Source: an uncultured Haloferula sp. (GTDB taxonomy: Bacteria; Verrucomicrobiota; Verrucomicrobiia; Verrucomicrobiales; Akkermansiaceae). Taken from it: a DNA stretch of 64,000 bases. Location of the stretch: positions 160,001 to 224,000 of the forward strand of contig CBFGTS010000004.1 in assembly GCA_965652295.1 (NCBI GenBank), written 5' to 3'. The stretch's first letter is position 1. Each line of letters opens with the position of its first letter. Under the pieces are notes generated by a model, which was not told the origin of the DNA, ran no database searches, and was given only the letters and a program-made list of their open reading frames with translations. The position numbers and the translations under genes are program-made. Below, piece after piece: positions 29,194 through 38,093 of the stretch.

Positions 29194-29550
29194 TTAGAGG
29201 ATTTCGATGCGGCGGACTTCCTGGCTGGCGTCGGCCTTCGGCAGGCGCACACGCAGGAGACCGTCGGCGAGCCGTGCGCAGACGGCGGTGGCGTCGACTT
29301 GGCGCCCGAGCGGCAAGCGCCGCTGATCGGTCTCGCCGAGATCGAGGACCAGCACGCGGTCGCGGACTTCGAGTTTCACCGCGTCTTTCGCGATGCCGGG
29401 GACGTCCATTTCAACCGTCCAGCCGTTGTCGTCTTCAAACAGACGAAAGGGGCGGTTGGGCGCTTCGAAATGGCGGATGGCTTGATCCACGAACTGGCTG
29501 AGGTCGTCGAACCAGCCGCGGGTGTTCATCAAATGAGGTGCAAGAATCAT
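29194..29550 (-). CDS. Hsp20/alpha-crystallin family protein
   Basis: DVPGIAKDAV and ARLADGLLRVRLPK motifs. Confidence 0.85.
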   Translation of the reverse strand: MILAPHLMNTRGWFDDLSQFVDQAIRHFEAPNRPFRLFEDDNGWTVEMDVPGIAKDAVKLEVRDRVLVLDLGETDQRRLPLGRQVDATAVCARLADGLLRVRLPKADASQEVRRIEIL

Positions 29551-29578
29551 GGTGTCTGGAATCAGGTTGCCGTCTTTG

Positions 29579-29596
29579 TTGCAGGCGCGATGCCGA
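29579..29596 (-). promoter_or_regulatory. Putative sigma54 promoter of the Hsp20 operon
   Basis: Minus strand TCGGCATCGCGCCTGCAA (GG-N10-GC) about 30 nt before the ATG, with an IHF-like AACCAA-N4-TTA upstream. Confidence 0.55.
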
Positions 29597-29771
29597 ATGC
29601 CGTCGAAGGACTCATTCTGTTGAAAACCAATCGATTAGGTTGAGATGGCAAGGTCGCTTGCTTTCAATCTTTCGGAGCAAATTGACGCAAGAGCGTCATC
29701 TTGTCGGGACGGACTGACGCGGTGGGGAGATTCGGCTTCCGGGCGGGCCGGTGGCTGGGTAGGGAAGGGGC

Positions 29772-30242
29772 ATGATCGACATGCTGGTGCGGCTTTACGA
29801 CCTCCCGGATCCCCGGGTGCTCTACGAAAACGTGGAGGCGCAGGGGATCACGGTGCGCCGGGCCCGGGCCTTCGAGCTGCACACGGTGCGCGAGTTCGTG
29901 CGCGGCAATTTTTCCCCGAAATGGGTGAGCGAGGTGGAGGTGGCCATGAGCCGACAGCCGATCACGTGCTTCATCGCGACGCAGGACCAACAGGTCCTGG
30001 GCTTCGTGTGCTATGAGACGACCTCGCGCGGGTTTTTCGGTCCCACCGGCGTGGCCGAGGCGGCACGCGGCACGGGGGTCGGGAAGGCGCTCCTTTTTAA
30101 GGCTCTCGAAGGCCTCCGCGAGCTGGGATACGCCTACGGCATCATCGGCGGTGTGGGCCCGCGGGAATTTTACGAGAAGGCCTGCGGCGCGATCGAGATC
30201 CCCGGCAGCGACCCGGGAACCTACACCGACCTGCTGCCCTGA
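29772..30242 (+). CDS. GNAT family N-acetyltransferase
   Basis: FGPTGV..ARGTGVGKALL motif A and FYEK. Confidence 0.88.
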   Translation: MIDMLVRLYDLPDPRVLYENVEAQGITVRRARAFELHTVREFVRGNFSPKWVSEVEVAMSRQPITCFIATQDQQVLGFVCYETTSRGFFGPTGVAEAARGTGVGKALLFKALEGLRELGYAYGIIGGVGPREFYEKACGAIEIPGSDPGTYTDLLP

Positions 30243-30246
30243 TCCG

Positions 30247-30933
30247 ATGGGAAAAGGAACGATTCAGGACCCGGGATACGTCTGCGAGGCCTTTGCCCGC
30301 ATCGCGGACCGCTATGTGACCACCAACCACGTGCTCAGTCTGGGCACGGATATTCTCTGGCGGCGGAAGGTGGCGCGGATGGTGCGGCGCTGGAAACCGG
30401 AGCGCCTGCTGGATGTGGCGAGCGGAACGGGCGATCTGGCACTGGAAATCCAGGACGCGTGTCCGGAGACCGACATCATCGCCAGCGACTTCTGTGCCGA
30501 GATGCTGGCCCACGCCCAGAAGCGGGGGATGGCGAAGACGCTGGTGGCGGATGCGCTGGATCTGCCGTTCGCGGACGGCAGCTTCGACGTGGTGACCGTG
30601 GCCTTCGGTCTGAGAAATATGGCCGACTACGCGGCGGCCCTCCAGGAAATGCGCCGGGTCTTGAAGCCGGGCGGCCATCTGCTGGTGCTGGATTTCTCTC
30701 TGCCGGCAGGGCCGCTGCGGCCGCTCTACCGGTGGTATCTCCACAAGGTGTTGCCGAAGCTGGCCGGCTGGCTGACGCGCCAGAAGGACGCCTACGAGTA
30801 CCTCGGAGGTTCGATCGAGGAATTTCCGATGGGCTCGGGAATGACCGCCCTGATGGAGCGCTGCGGATACCACGAGGCGGAGGCCGTGCCGCTGACCTGC
30901 GGAGTGGCCAGCATCTACACGGCGGAGGCGTAG
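30247..30933 (+). CDS. ubiE: Ubiquinone/menaquinone methyltransferase (UbiE/MenG)
   Basis: LDVASGTGD, VAFGLRN, RVLKPGG and AYEYL..SI..FP motifs. Confidence 0.88.
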   Translation: MGKGTIQDPGYVCEAFARIADRYVTTNHVLSLGTDILWRRKVARMVRRWKPERLLDVASGTGDLALEIQDACPETDIIASDFCAEMLAHAQKRGMAKTLVADALDLPFADGSFDVVTVAFGLRNMADYAAALQEMRRVLKPGGHLLVLDFSLPAGPLRPLYRWYLHKVLPKLAGWLTRQKDAYEYLGGSIEEFPMGSGMTALMERCGYHEAEAVPLTCGVASIYTAEA

Positions 30934-31041
30934 GAGGTGGGACGCCCTCGTCCCACAACGGTGGAGCCCTCTCCTCAAAAGATCATCCCCTAACCAATCA
31001 CGCGCTTCCAAGATCGTGGGACGAGGGCGTCCCACCTCCTA
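30931..31041. repeat. Inverted REP doublet
   Basis: Perfect 26-bp inverted repeat, 30931-30956 and 31016-31041, each arm internally palindromic. Confidence 0.85.
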
Positions 31042-32994
31042 GCCTTCGAAATAGGTATAGCCGCTGAGGTTGGTGCGGAAGAGGTCCATCACCTCGCGCC
31101 GTTCCTTGGGGCTGATGCGGCCCTGGGTCACCGCTTTCTCGGCGAAGCCGCGGAACTTGGTGACGAGTTCCTTCGGATCGTACTCCACGTAGGATAGTAC
31201 GTCGGCCACCGTATCGCCCTCGACTTCGTGGGTGTAGACGGGCTTGCCTTGCTCGAGGTGGACGCCGACGACGTTGGTGTCGCCGAGGAGGTTGTGGAGG
31301 TCGCCGAGGGTTTCCTGATAGGCTCCAACGAGGAAGACGCCGACGTGGTAGGGCTCGTCGGGCTTCAATTCGTGGAGGGGAAGGACTTTCGCCACGTCTT
31401 CGCGGTCGATGAAGCGGTCGATCTTGCCATCGCAGTCGCAGGTGATGTCGGCCAGCACGGCGCGCTGGCGCGGGCGTTCGTCGAGACGGTGGATCGGCAT
31501 CACCGGGAAGAGCTGTTTGATCGCCCAGGAGTCGGGGAGGGATTGGAACAGGCTGAAATTTCCGTAGTAGAAGTCGACGAGGCTGTCGGAAAGCTCGCGC
31601 ATGTCCTCGGGGATGACGTCCAGCTCGTGGAGGAGCTTGGAGATCCTCGTCATGATGTGCCAGAACCACGACTCGGCCAGCCCGCGCTCGCGCAGGGTGG
31701 CATTGCCGTAGAAGAACTGGGCGCGGACCTGGTCACGATAGTAGATGGCGTCGTTGAAGCACTCCTGGAGGTTGCGCTTCGAGAGGTCCTTGTTGACGTG
31801 GATGAGGTTGACGAGGTTCTGCGGTGCGTTTTCCGGCACCGGAGGGGCTTCATCGGTGGTCTGGACGGTGGAGACGTCAAGGATGTTGAAAACCAGCACC
31901 GAATAGTAGGCGACGATCGCGCGGCCGGATTCGGAGATGAGGTTCGGGTGCGGCACGGCGGCCTTGTCGCAGACCTGCATGATGGTTTCGATGACGTCGG
32001 TGCAGTATTCGAGCACCGAGTAGTTGCAGGAGCTCTGGAAATTCGTGTGCGAGCCGTCGTAGTCGACCGCCATGCCACCGCCCATGTCGAGCACGCCCAT
32101 GGGGGCGCCTTCCTTGACGAGATCGCAGTACATGCGGGTGACCTCGGTGGCGCCCTCGCGGATGGCGGCGATGTTCGGGATCTGGCTGCCTTGGTGGTAG
32201 TGGAGCATTTTCAGGCACGCGAGGTAGCCGGCGTCCTTGAGGCGATCGACCACATCGATGACCTGGGCGGCGGAAAGTCCGAAGACCGATTTGTCGCCCG
32301 CGCTTTCCTGCCAATGGCCGGAGCCGCGGGTGGAGAGGCGGACGCGGACGCCGAGGTTGGGCAGCACGCCGAGCTTGCGGGAGCGCTCGAGTACAAGGTC
32401 GAGCTCGGAGGGCATTTCCAGCACCAGCATGACCTTCAAGCCCATCTTCTGGGCGTGCAGGGCAAGGTCGATGAACTCCTCGTCCTTGTAGCCGTTGCAG
32501 ATGATGTAAGCCTGCGTGTCATGCATGTGGGAGAGCGCGGCGATCAGCTCGGGCTTCGAGCCTGCTTCGAGGCCGTAGTGGTATCTTTTGCCGAACTCGG
32601 CGATTTCCTCGATGACCTGGCGCTGTTGGTTGACCTTGATCGGGTAAACGCCGCGGTATTCGCCCTTGTAGCCGGTGTTCTTGATGGCCTCGCGGAAGGA
32701 CTCGTTCAGCTCGGCGATCCGGGAGTGGAGCAGATCGCGAAAGCGCAGCAGCACGGGCAGCGCGGTGCCGCGGTCGCGCAGGCCCTCGACGACGTCGTGG
32801 AGGGAAACCTCGCAGGTTTCCTTCGAGTCCTCGTCCTTCGGCAAACGGACGGTCGTGTGACCCTTCTTGTTGACGCCGAAGAAGCCGTGGCCCCAGGCAT
32901 CCACGCCATAGAGCTCGGCGGATTGCTCGGGCGACCAGGCGTTCTTGTCTTTCTTCGGCTTCGATGCGGTGGCGCGGGAAGGCGGCGGAACCAT
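31039..32994 (-). CDS. speA: Biosynthetic arginine decarboxylase
   Basis: VYPIKVNQ, LEAGSKPEL, CNGYKD, SESGRA, FQSLPDSW and DITCDCDG motifs. Confidence 0.95.
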   Translation of the reverse strand: MVPPPSRATASKPKKDKNAWSPEQSAELYGVDAWGHGFFGVNKKGHTTVRLPKDEDSKETCEVSLHDVVEGLRDRGTALPVLLRFRDLLHSRIAELNESFREAIKNTGYKGEYRGVYPIKVNQQRQVIEEIAEFGKRYHYGLEAGSKPELIAALSHMHDTQAYIICNGYKDEEFIDLALHAQKMGLKVMLVLEMPSELDLVLERSRKLGVLPNLGVRVRLSTRGSGHWQESAGDKSVFGLSAAQVIDVVDRLKDAGYLACLKMLHYHQGSQIPNIAAIREGATEVTRMYCDLVKEGAPMGVLDMGGGMAVDYDGSHTNFQSSCNYSVLEYCTDVIETIMQVCDKAAVPHPNLISESGRAIVAYYSVLVFNILDVSTVQTTDEAPPVPENAPQNLVNLIHVNKDLSKRNLQECFNDAIYYRDQVRAQFFYGNATLRERGLAESWFWHIMTRISKLLHELDVIPEDMRELSDSLVDFYYGNFSLFQSLPDSWAIKQLFPVMPIHRLDERPRQRAVLADITCDCDGKIDRFIDREDVAKVLPLHELKPDEPYHVGVFLVGAYQETLGDLHNLLGDTNVVGVHLEQGKPVYTHEVEGDTVADVLSYVEYDPKELVTKFRGFAEKAVTQGRISPKERREVMDLFRTNLSGYTYFEG

Positions 32995-33088
32995 GGCGGG
33001 AAGAAAGGGGTTTTTCCGGGAATTGAAAGGGAAATGGCCACCCACCTCCAGATTGGCAGGTGCCGGGCTCCGCGGATTTCCCCCCCGG

Positions 33089-33814
33089 TCACTCCTCTGG
33101 ATCGCCCGACGGCTTCATCGTGTGGAGAAACGCGATGATCTCCTGTGGCTCCGCGCGCTTGCGGTAGTCGGCGTCGAGGAACGCCCATTTCACGGTGCCG
33201 TCGGGGGCGATGATGTAGGTCGCGGCGAGCGGCAGGGTGCTGTTGCCTGCGTCAGCTCCGTTGAACGCGGTGAGGTCGAAAAAGCGGGCATACAGTTCGC
33301 GGACCTTCGGGGTGAGCTCGAAAGCGACGCCGTATTCCTTGGCCACCGCGTGGTTGAGGTCGGTGAGAACCTCGAAGCCGAGCCCGTTCTTCTCCTTGGT
33401 GGAAAGACTCTTGTCTGGCAGCTCGGGGGTCAGGGCGATCAAGCTTGCGCCTGCGGCCTCGATTTCCGGGAGCCTCTCCTGAAGGGCGGCGAGCGCGATG
33501 TTGCAGTAGGGACACCAGCCGCCGCGATACCAGGTCAGCACCACCGGGCCTTGTTCGAGTTCATCGGAAAGCCGCACTTCCTCGCCCTTCACGTTCTTCA
33601 GGGAAAAGTCCGGGGCCTTGTCGCCGACATTCACGGCCTTTTCGATGATGCCCGATTTGGCCACGGCTTCGATGCCCTTGGCGAATTCGGCGCGTACGGC
33701 CGGGTCGCCTTCGGCGGCGGCCTGCTTGGACCGGGCCTCAAGCCGCTCCGCCAGCGTGTCGGCATGGGCCAGCGAGGCAAGGGCGAGGGCGAACAAGGTG
33801 GGGAGGTGTTTCAT
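33089..33814 (-). CDS. Exported peroxiredoxin-like (AhpC/TSA) protein
   Basis: Signal peptide, GDKAPDF and YRGGWCPYC. Confidence 0.88.
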   Translation of the reverse strand: MKHLPTLFALALASLAHADTLAERLEARSKQAAAEGDPAVRAEFAKGIEAVAKSGIIEKAVNVGDKAPDFSLKNVKGEEVRLSDELEQGPVVLTWYRGGWCPYCNIALAALQERLPEIEAAGASLIALTPELPDKSLSTKEKNGLGFEVLTDLNHAVAKEYGVAFELTPKVRELYARFFDLTAFNGADAGNSTLPLAATYIIAPDGTVKWAFLDADYRKRAEPQEIIAFLHTMKPSGDPEE

Positions 33815-33855
33815 GTCCGGGTGAGAGAGGGTGGGGACGTTCGAATTCCCGGAAT

Positions 33856-36156
33856 CTATTTCCCGCTGCTCTTCAGTTCCTCCGCTTTCCATGGCCGGCC
33901 TGCGCGGTCCTTGGTGGCGGCGCGTTCTTTGGCGACCAGATCGGGGGCAACGGCCGGGGCGCGGTTTTCCCACTCGTTGCGGATGTAGGTGGCGATGTCG
34001 GCGAGGCGTTGATCGGTCATCGCCGGGTTGAAGGACAAGCCGGGCATGTCGGTGGGCGGATGATAGGTTTCGCCGGCAACGGTGACGGGCCCGCTCATGC
34101 CGTGGAGGAGGATGCGGACGAGGACTTCGGGGGACTCGGTGACCCATTCGGATTCGTCGAGCGGTGGACCGAGATTAGGGAGTCCGGCACCATCGGCACC
34201 GTGGCAGCCGAAACAGGCGGCTTCGCCGAGGTAGAGCTCTTTACCGCGCTGGAAGGAGTCGAGGTGGGCACCGTGGAGGGCCGGGCCTTGGGTCTTCGGC
34301 TTGGCCTGGCGCGTCCCGTCTTCGAGCCAGCCGATGAGTTCCTTGTCGTGGGACCTCTGGAGTTCCGCATCGATGAATGCCTGTTCGTGATGGTCGAGCC
34401 CGGAAACGGCGGCTTCGCGCACGAAGCGGAGGTTCTTTTTCTCCACCAGATCTCCCAGAGCGGCGAAGGCGCGGGGGTCTCCGCTGGCACCGAGGGTGCG
34501 CGCGAGGTAGGGCAGGACGGAGTCGTCAAAGCGGAGTTGGATGAGTCCGGAGATGAGGGTGGCCAGCTCGGTGGGTACCAGACGGGTGGCGGCCCAGAGG
34601 GCGGTGGCTTGCAGCTCGGGCTCGCCGGATTTCAGGGCGGGGATGAGGTGGCGGGGTTCCAGCACGCCGAGACCTTCGAGGGTCCAGATGGCGTGGGCGC
34701 GGGCGAGGATCGGTCCGGCCTCGGTGAGCTTTTCAAGGAAGGGAATGACCGCAGGGTCGGCGCGGTCGACCATCAGACGTTGGGCGGTTTCCCGGTGCCA
34801 CGCGTTCTCGTGCATGAGCATTTTCACCAGGGGGAGCGGCTCAAGCGCGGCGAGATCGACCGGCGGTTCGAGTTTTCCACGGGTGGAGCGGAGGCGGTAG
34901 ACGCGGCCGTGGCCGTAACCGGGCTTGTCGAGATCGCGCGAGAGCACCTGCTCGCGCAGGTAGCTGGTCATGTAGGTCTTGTGCTGGACGATGCCGTGGT
35001 AGAGGTCGAGCACGAGCAGCGAGCCATCGGGCGCGTTGTAGACGTTGACCGGACGGAAGCGTTCGTCGGTGGAGGCGAGCACTTCGTTTTTGCCGAGCGG
35101 ATGGGAGCCTTCGAGTTCGCCGTCCTTGCGCTCGATGTGGATGGCTTTGACGAGATTCACGCTGGGTTCGCAGACGAAGGCGGTGTTCTGCCAGGAGGAC
35201 GGGAGGTTGGTGCCGCGGTAGATGGCGATGCCTCCGGCGGCGGTGCAGTGGATGAGTTTGTCGGTCCGTGGATCGAGCATCTGCTCGGAGTAGCCGTTGC
35301 GGCGGTCCATGTAGGCGCGGTTGACGCCGGGGGTGACGCGGATCGGCCAGACTTCATTGCTGCCGACCTGGGTGAAATCCTTGGCCTTCATTTTCACGCC
35401 GGGATTTCCCATCAGGAGGTTGGGAGCGAGCAGATCGCCGAAGAGGAAGGTGGAGTTGTTGTTGTGGTAAAGACGGCCCCAGTCGTCGCGGGCGATGCCC
35501 CACTGGCCGCGGAAGGCGGTGGGTTCGATCTTCCACTCACCGCCGACGCGGCGGATGCGTTTGTCGGATTTGGCGAGGTAGATCCAGTTGTCGAGGTTGC
35601 GCAGCAGACCGTTGGGCTTGTGCTCGACGTTTCCCCCGGAGGCGAAGCGGGCGTCGATGATCTCCGGAACTCCGACCGGTTTGTCACCGTCGCGCTTCAC
35701 CCAGCAGAGGCGGTTTTCATCGATGAAAAGAACGCCGTCTGGAAAGACGCTGAGGGCGCGCGGAAGCAAAAGCTCGTCGAGGAAGACGGTGCGCTTATCG
35801 GTCAGACCGTCGCCGTTGGTGTCTTCGAGGATGACGATCTTGCCCTTGGGGTCGGATTCAAGCTTGCCATCGACGTCCGGCATGAAGCCGGTCATCTCGC
35901 AGACCCACATCCGTCCGCTGGGATCGAAATCGAGGCAGACGGGTTTTTCCACCAGGGGCTCGGTGGCTACGGGCTCGATGGCGAGACCGGAGGCGACCTC
36001 GAAGCTGCGCAGCGCGGCGGGAGGATCGAGCACGGGAGCCGGCGGGATCTTGCTCTCGGGGACGACGGGCGACATGTTGTCGTGCCCGCCGCGATCGCCT
36101 TGCTGGGCGGCGAGAGGGAGGGAAAGGGTGAGGACCAGGAGGGTCGGGAGGCGCAT
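33856..36156 (-). CDS. PVC-type membrane-bound dehydrogenase / heme-binding CxxCH protein
   Basis: Signal peptide, LEDTNGDG, STDERFRPV, GRVYR, HEAT-like region and CFGCH cytochrome c motif. Confidence 0.85.
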   Translation of the reverse strand: MRLPTLLVLTLSLPLAAQQGDRGGHDNMSPVVPESKIPPAPVLDPPAALRSFEVASGLAIEPVATEPLVEKPVCLDFDPSGRMWVCEMTGFMPDVDGKLESDPKGKIVILEDTNGDGLTDKRTVFLDELLLPRALSVFPDGVLFIDENRLCWVKRDGDKPVGVPEIIDARFASGGNVEHKPNGLLRNLDNWIYLAKSDKRIRRVGGEWKIEPTAFRGQWGIARDDWGRLYHNNNSTFLFGDLLAPNLLMGNPGVKMKAKDFTQVGSNEVWPIRVTPGVNRAYMDRRNGYSEQMLDPRTDKLIHCTAAGGIAIYRGTNLPSSWQNTAFVCEPSVNLVKAIHIERKDGELEGSHPLGKNEVLASTDERFRPVNVYNAPDGSLLVLDLYHGIVQHKTYMTSYLREQVLSRDLDKPGYGHGRVYRLRSTRGKLEPPVDLAALEPLPLVKMLMHENAWHRETAQRLMVDRADPAVIPFLEKLTEAGPILARAHAIWTLEGLGVLEPRHLIPALKSGEPELQATALWAATRLVPTELATLISGLIQLRFDDSVLPYLARTLGASGDPRAFAALGDLVEKKNLRFVREAAVSGLDHHEQAFIDAELQRSHDKELIGWLEDGTRQAKPKTQGPALHGAHLDSFQRGKELYLGEAACFGCHGADGAGLPNLGPPLDESEWVTESPEVLVRILLHGMSGPVTVAGETYHPPTDMPGLSFNPAMTDQRLADIATYIRNEWENRAPAVAPDLVAKERAATKDRAGRPWKAEELKSSGK

Positions 36157-36342
36157 GGGCTGTGTTACGAGGGTGGGGCGGAAATCTTTGCGGATGGGCG
36201 GAATTTGTCGGACAAGTTGGCGGTTTTGTCGACGGGGATGGGTCCGCAAGCCGGGGTGTGGCTGGCTGCCCGACGCGCATGCGAGGCAGAGGGGGAGGAG
36301 CTTGTGAGGGGAATCCCGGGCGGCTGGAAGCCGCAGCACGGG

Positions 36343-37575
36343 TCAGCTCAAACGGTTGCGGAAGTCCTCGTAGTGGAACTCGCGGATGGTTTCGAGGCGG
36401 CCGTCTTCGTGCTGGAGGACGATGGAGGGGTGGGGGACGCCGTTGAAGGTCGTCGTTTTCACCATGGTGTAGTGAGCCATGTCGTCGAAGACGAGCACGT
36501 CGCCGGGGATGAGTTCCCGGGGAAAGGCGTAGTCGCCGATGACGTCGCCGGCGAGGCAGGTGGGGCCGCCGAGGCGGTAGACGAACGCGGAGTGCGGAGC
36601 GCGGAGTGCGGAATGGTCCGGGTCGGAAGTCGGGAGGTAGGTTTCGCCTTCAAGGGTGACGGCGGGTTGCAGAGAGTCGCCGCTCCCCGCTCCCCGCTCC
36701 CCGCTCCCCGCTAGAAAAACGTCGGGGCGGTAGGGCATTTCGAGGACGTCGGGCATGTGGGCGGTGCCGGAGACGTCGAGGATGGCGAGGCGATGGCCGG
36801 CGCTTTCGAAGACATCGATGACCTCGCTGCGCAGCACGCCGGTGTGGATGGCGGCGGCTTCGCCGGGTTCGAGCCAGACTTCGACCTGATATTTCTCCTT
36901 CGCCTCACGGACGAGGCGGATGAGGAGCTCCCGGCCGTAGCCGGGCTTGGTGATCCAGTGGCCGCCGCCCATGTTGAGGTAGGTGAACTGCGGGGATCGT
37001 AGTAGATGACCGAACTTGTCGTCGACGGCGGTGAGGGTGCTCTCGAGATCCTCCGAACCTTGTTCGCAGAGGGTGTGGAAATGCAGGCCGCTGAGGCCGG
37101 TGAGGTCGGCGCCTTCGAGCTGATCGGCGGTGATGCCGAGTCGCGATCCGGACACGCAGGGATCGTAGAGCGGAGTCGAACCGGTGGAGTGCTGGGGGTT
37201 GATGCGCAGGCCGCAGTGGAGTTCACCCGATTGGTAGCGCGGGTGGACCATGATGGTTTCGCGGAAGCGGAACCACTGGGATAGCGAGTTGAAGTCGAGG
37301 TGGGTGGTAAACTCCAACAGGGCCTCGATTTCCGCCGCGGTGTAGCCGGGCGAGTAGGTGATGACGGTTTTCCCGAAATGCTCGTAGGCGAGACGGGCTT
37401 CCCACAGACCGGAGGCGCAGCAGCCGTCGAGGTCGTCGCGGATGAAGGGGAAGGCCTTCCAGCAGGAGAAACCCTTGAGCGCGAGCACCAGCTTGCAGCC
37501 GGCGGCTTCCTTGACCTCGCGGAGGATGGCGGCGTTGCGCTTCAGCGCGGCGATGGAAATGACGTAGCTGGCCAC
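36343..37575 (-). CDS. nspC: Carboxy(nor)spermidine decarboxylase
   Basis: LALKGF, HFHTLCEQ, MGGGH, EPGEA, HMPDVLEMPYRP, TCLAGD and YTMVKTTTFNG motifs. Confidence 0.92.
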   Translation of the reverse strand: MASYVISIAALKRNAAILREVKEAAGCKLVLALKGFSCWKAFPFIRDDLDGCCASGLWEARLAYEHFGKTVITYSPGYTAAEIEALLEFTTHLDFNSLSQWFRFRETIMVHPRYQSGELHCGLRINPQHSTGSTPLYDPCVSGSRLGITADQLEGADLTGLSGLHFHTLCEQGSEDLESTLTAVDDKFGHLLRSPQFTYLNMGGGHWITKPGYGRELLIRLVREAKEKYQVEVWLEPGEAAAIHTGVLRSEVIDVFESAGHRLAILDVSGTAHMPDVLEMPYRPDVFLAGSGERGAGSGDSLQPAVTLEGETYLPTSDPDHSALRAPHSAFVYRLGGPTCLAGDVIGDYAFPRELIPGDVLVFDDMAHYTMVKTTTFNGVPHPSIVLQHEDGRLETIREFHYEDFRNRLS

Positions 37576-37701
37576 GCAGGGGATTTAACCGCGAATCGGC
37601 GCGAATGAACGCGAATGTTCGGGAAATGTGGTCTTTTGGCCGGCGGGTGTGGGGTGGGAGAAATGGATCGACCTGTGAAGAGAAGCACCGTATTTGGAGT
37701 C

Positions 37702-37932
37702 ATGGAAAATGCTCCAGTGGACGGCATGATGCCTCTCTTGTTGCTGATCGTGTGCGTGCTGGTCGGTCTGGTCGTGGTGAGCTTGTGGGTTTGGTCGCTG
37801 ATCCACTGCATCCGGAACCGCTACCTCAACGATACCAACCGCCTGATCGGAATCCTGCTGATCGTGCTGCTCGGCATCATCGGCAGCTTGATCTACCTGT
37901 TCCTGCCGAGGGAAAGCGAGCCGCAGAGGTAG
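37702..37932 (+). CDS. Small membrane protein (PLDc_N-like)
   Basis: Two TM helices with WVWSLIHC..N..NRLIGILLIVLLGIIGSLIY. Confidence 0.7.
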   Translation: MENAPVDGMMPLLLLIVCVLVGLVVVSLWVWSLIHCIRNRYLNDTNRLIGILLIVLLGIIGSLIYLFLPRESEPQR

Positions 37933-37936
37933 GCGT

Positions 37937-38079
37937 GGAGTGCTCCGGCATGACGGAGCTTTGGGGTGGGGTTGGAGTCGCCGGGTGAGCTGGTTCGGAG
38001 CCGACATGTCGGCTCCGGGGAGGCGGTCACGAACGACGAGCGACTCGGAAGGGAAAGCTCCGACGTGTCGGAGCAGTCC
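37937..38079. repeat. Tri-palindromic REP/MITE-like element, copy 3
   Basis: Reverse-orientation match to 22787-22931. Confidence 0.8.
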
Positions 38080-38093
38080 GAAGGACCTGCCGA

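Noticed and set aside
29646..29662. Sigma54-like TGGCA...TTGCT upstream of the GNAT gene
   Set aside because: GG-to-GC spacing is 11, not the required 10.
37590..37617. Short CGCGAAT / ACGGAGAT / AGGATGG tandem repeats (also near 59255, 39410, 61480)
   Set aside because: Generic intergenic short tandem repeats with no further structure.
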